The notes below the pieces were generated by a model that saw only the letters and a list, made by a program, of their open reading frames with translations, was not told the DNA's origin and searched no databases. Shown here piece after piece: positions 1 through 10,100 of a DNA stretch of 64,000 nt. Source of the stretch: Podarcis filfolensis (lineage: Eukaryota); NCBI GenBank assembly GCA_964270895.1, contig OZ185440.1. The stretch is one strand, 5' to 3'. The translations under genes were made by a program, and so were the position numbers. The number at the start of each line of letters is the position of its first letter. Within the stretch, counting starts at the first letter, position 1.

Positions 1-199
1 TGCCTTCAGATGTCTTCTGAATGTCAGGTAGTTGTTTATAGCCCCAAATGTAACCTAGTGCCCATTATCCCTCCCCGTAGTTGCTCCCCAGTGCTTAACT
101 CACCTACGTCTCGGCCCACCGAGCCCACTTCCGCCCCAGACCTTTTACTCTCCCCACACTTCCTCACTCACTACGGACTCACGGACATAACTCTGCGGT

Positions 200-1350
200 A
201 GCCTCACCTGCGACACCGGGCGGAGGGGCGGAGGGCCAGGCGTATTGCCCTATCCGAGCCCCCTCCACCCTCTAACTCTCTGGAATATAAACTCGCCGTC
301 TCCTTGGAAACGCCCCGCCGCGTTCCTCTGAAGCCTCGCCTCTTAAAGGAGCCGTGCCCACGAGGCAGACAGGATGTCGGTCGAGCGTGGAGACGGGGGT
401 CTCGGGGGAAGGAAACGTGTGCGTTGACGCTCTTGGCGCGCCCGCGCTTGCACCCAAGCAATCGGAGGTAAAGAGAAGCCACACGTCGGCCAGTTTTCAT
501 CCGGAAGGGGTCCCACTGGCTTTACGCTTTGGCAACAGTACAGTATTGAGAAACTTCTTTCTTTGCCCATTAATGTTCCCAGGAATAGAGGGGGGGGGGA
601 ATAGAGCTGCGCGTGTTTTGGAGGCCACGGAGACTGGGAACTGGGGAGACGCAGCATTCGCTCCCCGGATGAGTGTTCGAGGGGTTTGGAGAGGGAGCAC
701 AGTGGACTTTTCTTAGCAGGCTTTTCCTGAGGTGCAGATAGGGGGCCAGGTCCCTCCCACCGCCCCGGTCCCGCCCGCTCCGTTGGGGAGGGGGTGCTGT
801 GCCCCTGGGCGGGCTCGGGTTGCAAGAAGGGGCGGGCCGGGCCGGGCGGCGGCTGCACAAAGGCCGAGGCACGCCAGGGCGGTTCTTAGCCGCAGCTTCA
901 GCAGGCAACCTCCCGGCGGGACCCCGCGGGCGGCATTGGAGCGGACTGGATGCCCACTTTCCCCGCCAGCTCTCCTCCGCTTCGCTTCCCTACTGCTGCT
1001 GCTGCTCTGCTCCTCCCTCTCGCCAACTCCCATGCCCGGCATCTGTCCCTCGAGTTCAGCGATGCCCTTTCCCTTGGCACAGCTGAGCTTAGCGCTGCTG
1101 CTGACTCTGGTGCCCATCCCAGGACTGGCAGGGCCAGTGACCACGTGCGATGCCAACGGGAGCCTGTACTACGTTGGGGAGTGGTATTTCCTGGACAGTG
1201 ACCACTGCACCCAGTGCGAGTGCACAGCGGAGGGGCCCGCCTGCGCCCGCACGGACTGCACCGCTCTGCCACCTGCCTGCATTCATGTCAGCCACTACCC
1301 CAGCGACTGCTGCCCACGCTGCGAAAGGGTTGGCTGTGAGCACCGTGGAC
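200..1350. promoter_or_regulatory. CpG island / promoter region of the VWC-domain gene (possibly bidirectional)
   Basis: High GC and CpG density; GC boxes GGGCGG at 218-223 and 226-231; TATAAA at 286-291 on +; candidate + donor GAG|GTAAAG (468) and acceptor ttttcttagcag (719). Confidence 0.7.
208..340 (-). other. Putative first (probably non-coding) exon of a divergently transcribed gene running off the left edge; by recalled human synteny possibly CCDC24
   Basis: Minus-strand consensus donor CAG|GTGAGG (exon ends 208, intron GT 207-206) inside a CpG-rich segment. The 5' boundary (~340) is a guess. Identity rests only on recalled gene order. Confidence 0.35.
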
Positions 1351-4300
1351 AAGTGTATGAGCTGGGGCAGCATTTCCAGGTAAGGCATTCACGGGAGAAT
1401 TAGGCATGGGGGTGGCATGAGAAGGAATCTAGAGCGAGGTGGGCAGGGATGGATATGTGATGGATGGCAAAGTGAGGATATTCAAAAGCAGGAGAAAAGG
1501 CAAATGCTCCTGAAAAAGGCACTGTCTAAGAATTGCAAGCGGTCACTTCTGTTTCTTAAATCTTGTTCTGAAAGGGAGGCCTAGGCAGGAGAGTAAGAGA
1601 CTGGAAGCAGGAATGCTGTGTCTTTATAGTTTGCTGAAGCAAAAGAAAATACAACACAAATACAAACAAAACTAATAAATTGCATTTTTCCAAAGTGGGT
1701 GAGAAGCACCAAATCAAAAGTGAAAACAAAAATTTTTTTTCCAGTAGCACCTTAAAGACCAACTAAGTTAGTTCTTGGTATGAGCTTTCGTGTGCATGCA
1801 CACTTCTTCTATCTGAAGAAGTGTGCATGCACACGAAAGCTCATACCAAGAACTAACTTAGTTGGTCTTTAAGGTGCTACTGGAAGAAAAAAAAATTTTT
1901 TGTTTTGACTATGGCAGACCAACACGGCTACCTATCTGTAACCAAATCAAAAGTGCTTTATGAAGCTGGAGGTGCTCTTAAGATGTTCCCATAAAACCAA
2001 AGCTCTTTAATAATTCAGAAGGCAATTTTATTGGCTGTAGTACCTAGCTGAGCATCCTTTGACTAACTGAATTTCATTTTCATCCATTTCTTAGGCCTGA
2101 CATTGACCTGTTCAGACCTTGCTTCTGGCTATTGTCTGTTGCTGCCAAAAATGTGTGTAGTTTATTTTAGGACTTGAGTCAGACCAAACAATCTCTAGCA
2201 TGGCTGACTTGGACAATTGAGGGTGGGTGGGGAAAGGAGTATTTTTGGCACTAAGCCTGCACTAGCCGAAGGGAGTCAAATTCTGGCCCTGAGGCTGCCC
2301 TCCATTCCTGGGCTCCATGCCTCTTTGGATAGCATGAATTGAGTGTTTGCAAAAAATAAGTGTATTGATGAAGAAAGGACCAGTTGCTACATATAGTCAA
2401 AGAATGGGCAGTGGGGTTCTTCCTAGGTGAATTGTCCGTTAGCTAAACACCAAATTATTGTGTGTCTGTTTGATGACTTATCTCTTGGCCTGTCCCATTT
2501 ACCCAAACACAAAATTCTATTGAAAGGTACACAGAAAGTAAATGCTTTCTGCAAAGCCATATTGAGCCATAATTTCCCCCCAAATAATAACTTTATTATG
2601 GCCAACCAAAATATCATATAATAGCAAGCAAGCTTTTGATTATCCAGAACCATTTAGCTGGGGCCTAACTTGCCCTAAAATACTTTGCTCAGCCAAAGCT
2701 TCTCAGTTCTTTACTAGGGATGGCCATTTTGCTCTAGGTCCAGAACATCTGGGTTGTGGATACAGTAATATAGGGCTGCTTCCCAGCACCTCCTGGAACT
2801 AGGTTATCTTGCATTTGCTTACAAGCAAGACAAGTGCTGTAGATCTAGAGAGAGAAAAGTTCTGTAATTAGGAAGGGTAAACACTTTCCTTTGTACTGTA
2901 GGTTTGTAGTAAGAACAAGATATCAACTTGCCAGTGAAGTTGTGCAATCTCCTTCCCTGGAGTTATAAAGATGATCATGGACAATTACATCATTAAGATA
3001 TGATTTTTGGTGTTAAATGTTGATGTCATCTTCCAGCTTTGTTATTTTAAAGTATTGTGACGAGTGATCTAGAACAAGTGACCAATGTTTTTATTTGCAA
3101 CCACTTGAACTTCAGTGGAGCCCAGTCTTTATCATCACCCACCCTGAAGATGTGAAATCAGACAACCAATCTATTAGTTCAGGAGGGAGGGAATTTGACA
3201 GAAGGTAGAATCTTGGAATTTTCCCCTTAGGGCAGAGAACAAAAGCATGTGGCTTGGCTAGAATTACCTCATGTTTTGCAAGTGAGAAAGTGAATGAGAG
3301 GTGAGGTGCTGAAAATGACTTCAGTATCCTTTGCTGGATATTTTAAGGAGGAGCTTGATTGGTTAATGGGTTCCAAAACACATTCATGGGCCTTTTTAGC
3401 ATATTGGGATCCTTGATGGTTCTGTGCTACTGGGGACAATCTCTCACTCACTCACAGTTTTCTCTAGTCAACATTTTCTTATGACCAGTCAGTTTCCCCA
3501 GTGGCCAGCCGCATGATTATTTGAGAGTAATCTTGAGTTGGCCAGAGCTGACAAGATACACAAAGTCAAGGGAGATTGGGACAGAAGCTTTTCCTCCCTC
3601 ATTATCAATTCTTGGTTGATAGTGCCATCTGATGGTATAATCCCAGTACTGCTATGGCTATGCATTCAGTTTGGAATGCTTCTTCACACATTACAAAAAA
3701 AGGAAGATGATGGGCCTTATATTTCTTTTGTGATCACCCCCTCCCCTGATACTTAAAGCACAGATACAGGTAAGCAAAGATGCAGCCAGGAGCCTAATCC
3801 AATTAAGTATCTGAGGCATGAGTTTCCCACCTGCTTGCATACACACATCTCTTTTTGCAAGTTACAGACAGAAGACATGACTAATTCATTCTGGAACTGC
3901 AAAATCCAGTCAATTCTGCAACCTGGTGGTGGTGGGGGGATGGGTAACCTATTTCTCTCAGCCTAATTTCATTAGGAGGAAAAGGGGGAGGGAAACAGGG
4001 TAGCAGAGGAGGTGCCCTACCCACTTTGACTCTGAACCAGCACACCACTGGCATGCAATTCTGAAGATTCCCAAGGGAATGCAAGTCTCAGAAAAGAATA
4101 AGCTTCTGCACCACTGATGCAAAATAGTTCTGGAGCTGCATCATCATCATAACAACCGTGTGCAGTCCACGTAAAGCTGCCTTGCTCTATTGACCAATAT
4201 TTGTCTCTCACAGCCCTCAGAGTGTGAGCAGTGTACCTGTGACCTAGATGGCATCGCTCGTTGCCTAGTGGCAGACTGTGCCCCTCCGCCCTGTGTCAAT

Positions 4301-5074
4301 CCAGTCTACGAGAAGGGCCACTGCTGCCCCACCTGTGAGGACGGTGAGAAAGACACACCTTCACAGCAAGGGACAAGTGTTCCACTTCAAGCTGTCCAGA
4401 AGGGGGAGAGAACTTTGTCTCCCTCGCTGTTCAGGGCCCCTGTCCTACTGGAGCAGGGAAGCGAGAGGAATTGGGCCAAGCTGACCAGACACAAGGTTGC
4501 TTAACTGAACAGGAAGCCTCCTACTTAGAAAGGATGGCGGGACACCTGGTAGCCCCCACCTCCTCTTGAAGGATTTGGCAGGTGTTTGGCCCTAGGGTTA
4601 GAAGAGGGGCTCCCCCCCAAAATGAAAAATGTCCTCCTGGTACAAAAGCAGCCTGTAGCACAGAACCTGTGGACGAACAGGCACTAGGTGAGCTCCCGGT
4701 AGAGGATAGGGGTGCAAGGCTGGAGTAGTAATAATTTATAATTTTATTATTTATACCCCGCCCATCTGGCTGGGTTGCCCCCACCTACACACGTACTCTT
4801 AAACTGCTTGCCATTTCTGCTTCTAAAAGTCACGATGAGACTTCTGCAAACAATGGCAGACTCTAATACATGGACATGTCTCTCCACAGGGCCCAACTGC
4901 TACGTGGATGGGAGCCAGCGACGCGTAATTCCTGCTGGGGAGAGCATATGGGTGGGGCCCTGCACCCGTTGCCGCTGTCATGATGGCCAGGACGCCGGTT
5001 ACTGGGAAGGAAACCGCTTAGCTAAATGCGAGCGGCTACGGGGATGCCGGGCTACAGGTGCACATCACACCTGA
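1062..5074 (+). CDS. Secreted von Willebrand factor C domain protein, brorin (VWC2/VWC2L) family, 210 aa
   Basis: Exons 1062-1379 (phase 0, CAG|gtaagg), 4214-4343 (cacag|CCC...G|gtgaga, phase 1) and 4890-5074 (cacag|...TGA) total 633 nt. Signal peptide MPFPLAQLSLALLLTLVPIPGLAG, two full VWC repeats (C..G..Y..GE...C..C.C...CC..C) and a third partial Cys repeat. Motifs PSxCExC, CVNPVYE..CCP.C and GPNC...IPAG match VWC2/VWC2L. An in-frame ATG at 1032 has weaker Kozak context. Symbol withheld because orthology is uncertain. Confidence 0.93.
1723..1940 (+). mobile_element. Penelope-like element (PLE) derived insertion with inverted terminal-repeat segment
   Basis: Flanked by a 15-bp direct repeat ACCAAATCAAAAGTG (1708-1722 and 1941-1955). 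Perfect inverted arms at 1739-1809 and 1815-1885 with a 5-nt spacer. Sequence ctgaagaagtgtgcatgcacacgaaagctcatacc...aaggtgctact recognised as a squamate PLE-type repeat (family call from memory). Confidence 0.7.
1810..1846 (+). ncRNA. Minimal type I hammerhead ribozyme motif (PLE type)
   Basis: Stem I 5' UAU (1810-1812), core CUGAAGA (1813-1819), extra A, stem II GUGUG/CACAC with CAUG loop (1821-1834), GAAA (1835-1838), palindromic mini stem III AGCU, cleavage triplet CUC (1840-1842), stem I 3' AUA (1843-1845). Activity not shown. Confidence 0.45.
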
Positions 5075-5313
5075 GCTGCTCCAAACACCAAACAATTCCT
5101 GGGCCAGCCATTCTTCAGCACCTGCAAGGCTTCTGCTTACCCAGACAAGCCCTAGTGTGCCCTTACACCCAGCCCTGGCCCAACTCCTTCAACCATACAC
5201 ATAAGCAATTGCCAGTCGCAGACCCCTTTCCAGATCTACCCCCTTTCCCTTGACGATGTCTAGAGTTATAACACAGGGGAGTAGCTCATATGAGAAAGCC
5301 CGTTTTATTTAGG

Positions 5314-5437
5314 ATGGGTGGGCAACCTGTGGCCATTCAGATATAGTTGGACTCCCAGCTCCCATCAGCTGTAGCCAGCATGGCTAATGGTTAGGAATAA
5401 TTTAGCCACATCTTGAGAGCTAGAGGTTCCCCATATG
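5314..5437. mobile_element. Degenerate hAT MITE in the VWC gene 3' UTR
   Basis: Similar to the 7438/16878/43726 family; ends tgggtgggcaacc ... ggttccccatatg; imperfect TSD atttagga / atttaggg. Confidence 0.5.
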
Positions 5438-5542
5438 ATTTAGGGAATCACCCACCAACCACCACCACATTCCCACTCCAGCTTCAACTAAACATAGCAT
5501 CTTTTGCTACTATTTAACAGTTTTTCTCTGTGTGTGAGCATC

Positions 5543-5548
5543 AATAAA
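5543..5548 (+). terminator. Poly(A) signal, VWC-domain gene
   Basis: AATAAA about 470 nt after the stop codon, with U/GU-rich sequence downstream. Confidence 0.65.
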
Positions 5549-5801
5549 AGAACCTTGTAGAATAGTTCTCTCTTGTCTTCTGGGCTGAGTAACTATGCCC
5601 AGAGTTTCCTGGGCCAGAAAACCCAGTCCCTGGTTTAAACAAACATGTTGGGGAAGCACAATGAGGTGCCATTCATTTGGAAACGAATTTAATTCTTAAT
5701 TTTGTACCTTGCCAAGATAGATTGCATAAACCTGCAGTGTTGCCTCTATCCACAGACCCCACCTGAATCCCATAGGCAAGGAGTCTCCCAAGTTTTGAAA
5801 C

Positions 5802-5807
5802 TTTATT
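5802..5807 (-). terminator. Poly(A) signal, B4GALT2 (3' UTR about 1.4 kb)
   Basis: TTTATT on + = AATAAA on -; convergent with the VWC gene signal about 250 nt away. Confidence 0.6.
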
Positions 5808-7184
5808 GAATACAAAAGTCTGATCGTAGTGACCAGTGCTGCATTCACCATAGGCTTGAAAAGGGATCAAAACATTCAAATGTACAAAAGTCACCAACAC
5901 CTGGGCTGCGCAACACGCTGGTGCCTGGCTTCAAGCCTGGCCCAGCTGCCATCCCAAAGTGGACCAGCGCAGGAGATTCTACCTGCCAGGCACCATAACC
6001 AGAGATGAGGGACACCAGCAGCTTCCTAGCTCCAGGAATTAGGCACACGGCCACCATGTGTCATGAGCAGACGGTCGGACCCAGGGGCCTGGCCTCAGGT
6101 GGTGGCAGATGGCAGCTTGACAAAGAGGGCACGATGAGTGGTCAACGGCAGGTTGCCTGGCAGATGGCGGGAAGGTTGATTGGTGAGTGAGGGTTGGTAT
6201 GGGGTAAGTGGGTTGGAGGTGAGAGGTAGGGGACAGGCAGCAAGAAGCCAACTTCACCTTCCTCTGTTCTGTAGCCATGGCCATAGGCCTATCGGTGCCT
6301 GTAAAAAAGAGAAGCTAGCCCACACCAGAGAGTAGGCAGAACCATGCCATTTTGATTCCACCCTTGCTGAGAAGTGAAGCACACACTGCCCAACCAATAT
6401 TCCCCATTCACAGACAGAAGAGCAAACACTGCTAGGAAGAATGACCTGTTGTCCCTTGACAGACAGGCTACCTGTCACACTAACCCAGGAAGCACTCAAG
6501 TATTCTAATGAGGGTTTTGTATAAAACGCCCCTGTGTTACTGGAGCCAGAAGTGACACCCAGGGCCCAGCAGGGGGACAGCACCAAGCCATGAATGGAGG
6601 TGGGCAGTGGCCAGGCCCATGAGAGCTTCTCCTTTGGAAGAGCTTCTCCTCAGCTGGGCACGAGTGAACCACCTGGACACCTTGCGAGCTGGCATTTGTC
6701 GTAAGGCCAGGCCACCCCCTGGAAGGAAGGCTCAAATGGCACTCTTGCACACTGAGAGGAAAGGAAAACAACTACCTGTACTGTACTTCCGGGATCCTTA
6801 AGGGATGCCGCTCTGTGAAAAGTTCTGGGAGAGGATAGGGAGGTTCAAGAACCTGCACAAGGTTTCTCTGCTCTCAGTGCCTTCCAGCCAGGAGTGGGGC
6901 TTGGCTGTGCCCAGGACCCCTAAGCGCTGCGCCAGGCACCATGACACACTCACACTTCCTCCCCAACCTGTGAAGGGCACTGTGGAGAACTGACTAGTGA
7001 TCAGGAGATGGGCTTCAGCCAAAGGCTGGGGCAAGGCGAAGGTGTAGTCTTGGCCTTTCCCGCATCCCCACAAAGGAGGCAGACAGCTCCTCCAAGCCAG
7101 GACACAGTCCTCTGAACCAGTCAGGGCTGGGATCCGCACAGCTCCTCATGCATGGGGCCATGGGCAGAGCCAGGCAGCAAAGAG

Positions 7185-10100
7185 TCAGCCCCGAGGGGGG
7201 CGTGGTGGTGGGCGGCCAATCTCCACGGTTACATTGGTGTACATGGGACGACGAACCACCTCCACCAGGCGGTACTGAAGCGAGCCAATGCCATCGCGTT
7301 TCATGGTCACCTTGGTATTCTGGATTTTGGTGAACCTGCCAGGAGAACCAGAGAAAAACTCATCTTACACATGAAAGTAGGCAGTTAGGTTAATTCAAGT
7401 TAAACCTACAAGCCATTCCTTGATGAATGGAATAGAGCAGGCTTCCTCAATCTTGGCCCTCCAGATATTTCGAGACTACAATTCCCATCATCCCTGACCA
7501 CTGGTCCTGCTAGCTAGGGATCATGGGAGTTGTAGGCCAAAAACATCTGTAGGACTGAGTTTGAGGAAGCCTGGAATAGAGAGTCTAATGACAGTTCAGG
7601 CCACTTGGAAGGATTTTGGGTAGAGCCTTACGTGACATTATCCACGCACAATAAAGCAATTTCTTATGTCAGATTTCCAGCATACAAAGCACTGTGGGAC
7701 TTCCAAAATGAAATTGTGTCTTCTGAACACATGAACGGACAGTCACCATGCACAGCCCTCCCAGGTTGAAAGTCCCAAGTAACAGAGTGAGCTTCTCCAC
7801 CCAGAGCTCAGCTGTAAAACAACAGTCCCTGTCAAATGATATAGCAAGGTTGCAAAGTGTGATGGCGTCATAGGATCCTGGAGGGCCATGGATGGTGACT
7901 GCATTTAGTTTTCATGATAGGTGATTACTACCACCACACAACCTTCTCAAGTGGAATGTCAGGGTCTCATGAAATAAGGTTTAGTGTATTGCCCTGAAAC
8001 CATGCCAGCTGTGGCTTTTCTCTGGTTCCAGACAATAAATGTTAGGGCACAGGACAGGAGTGCCTTTCTCTTTCCTTGCCTAGAACTAGCAGAACATAGA
8101 TTTAACCAAACACACCTGGTGCATGGTTGGGACTCTGATTCATGTCTGTGTCTCTTAGAAGAGGCAGAGAGCGGAATTAAAACGGGGGGTAGATCAGAAA
8201 GAGAGGAATGCACACGCAGTAATAGAAAACACTCTCTGGGGGAAGGCTAAGGACTTGTAGGCTATCTTGGTTTGTTTCATGGACATTCTACAGGGAGGCA
8301 AACAAATGTGGCCCCTCTCTGCTCATGAGGTGTAGAGTAGTATGCTATAAAAGGGAAGATGTGTCTGGAAGATTATATTCCATTGGAAATCAGGCTTGAA
8401 AGCCATTATGTGCCCAGGGAAATGGTGCAGAAATTTTGTGGGAGCTTTCTATCTCCTTATGTAGCTTGCAATGGACTAGGTAGGGAGCTAGCAAGCACAT
8501 TGTCTCTCTCACCGCTGGGGATTGGGCTCGTTGTGTCGGTCACGCTCGTGCTTGATCATGCGGTAGCGCCCAATGCGGGCATCAGGACGTGACACTTTCA
8601 TGCCATTAAGCGAGATCCTGTGTGAAGAAAAAGTGCAGCTCAAAGACCAGCAGACAGGTTGGGGGCAAACTCTAAATAAAGCTGGAGTTAGTCCTCACCC
8701 TCCAGTCCTCAGCACCCCCAACCCCTTCTGCCTTTCAGAGTATTGGCTCCCCAGGCCCTGCCTGTTATGTGCTGTGGAATACCAACCTGCCTATGTCCTC
8801 CTCTCTCAGATTTGGGAGCATTGTTATAGAAAAGGCAGGTGTTGCATATTACCACCTGCCATTTGCACAGCTACCCCACCCCAGAAGAGAATGCTGTTCC
8901 CTGCCACTCAGCACATTCCCAGGAGACACCACACGGAAAAACAGACTACATGGCTACTACAACCAACTTGCAGAGAACAAGTTCTGGCTAGGCTTGGCCC
9001 AGCCTCTCACGCACCGGTTAAAGATGTCGTCATCTTCCCCACCCCAGCCCCAGTACTCGTTAGGGAAGCCATTGATCTTCAGAAACTGTGTCTTGCTCAG
9101 GCCAGAGACACCTCCGAAGTAGCCAGAGTATGGCAGCCTGCAGAGGACAAGCAGGAGAGATGGGAATCAGTCAAGCCACGAATGGGTTCAGGAGCACAGA
9201 ACCTGGGTGGTCCAAGCTACACCTGACACAGTCTAAATCCCAGTTTCCAAATCAGCCATGTGATGGCAACCCATTGCTCCCACTGCATCAGGTCTCTCCT
9301 AAATCCTTCCCATTTCCCTTCTCCTTAGCTGGAATGCAGGGTTCCATTTTATACACACTGTACCTCCTCCATCTCCTTTTGCCATGTTTGGCAGGTAAGA
9401 ATATAGGCAACACAGAACATTCACATGGGGATCCTGTCTGCTTGTTTACATCACCTTCATATAGGTTTTGCAAGCGCCCATTCCATAATGTAGTATCACA
9501 AGGACTTCCCTGGAGCATTTCATCTAGTCATATAAGAGGCAGCAAAGTTTAAATTAGGGGTATGGACCAAACGGAAGATTCAGTCTGGACCTTGAGTCAG
9601 TACTTCAGAAAACAACATGCCTAAGTCCCAAGTGCTTCTGAGTTGGGGAAAAACAAGATTTCATTTCCCCTCGTTCACTATTGGGTTGTTGTTGTTTTTT
9701 AAGCTATACCTTTCCCCCTTTTTACAGTGGATAAAATTTGCAGGCACATTAGCTGCTCCACAGTGGATTCAGCCAGCCAAATAGTTCCAGGGTGGGGCTT
9801 TTTTCTGTCAGGTACCTTTGAAATTTTATGGTTATTTTTCTAAGGAAACTTTTCCCCCTCCCCCACTATTGGATGAAATTTGCAGGCATCAGAGTCTCCA
9901 AGAAAGATGAATCCTGTCAAATTTCTCAATGATAGCTTCATTGGTTTTCCCACAAGGACAGCCTTCACAGTTTGGGGATGGGTAAAAAGTGTTCACTTAA
10001 ACTTCCCATGTCTTTTGAGGGCAATTATTCGGAAACCAGACATGAAAGAAGTTTCCCTAGGTATGAAACTTGCCAATGGCAGACAAATTGGTTCAATTTT

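Noticed and set aside
343-1388. Several long ORFs on both strands over the left CpG island (171, 147, 124 aa etc.)
   Set aside because: GC-rich, stop-poor sequence or shadows of the real VWC exon; low-complexity Pro/Ala/Arg content and no recognisable domains.
5304-5309. TTTATT inside the VWC 3' UTR as a distal B4GALT2 poly(A) site giving antisense overlap
   Set aside because: A closer signal exists at 5802, and the hexamer overlaps a MITE target site in T-rich sequence; no further support.
8573-9552. Plus-strand ORFs of 217, 117 and 154 aa
   Set aside because: Antisense to B4GALT2 exons and introns; no motifs and no splice support.
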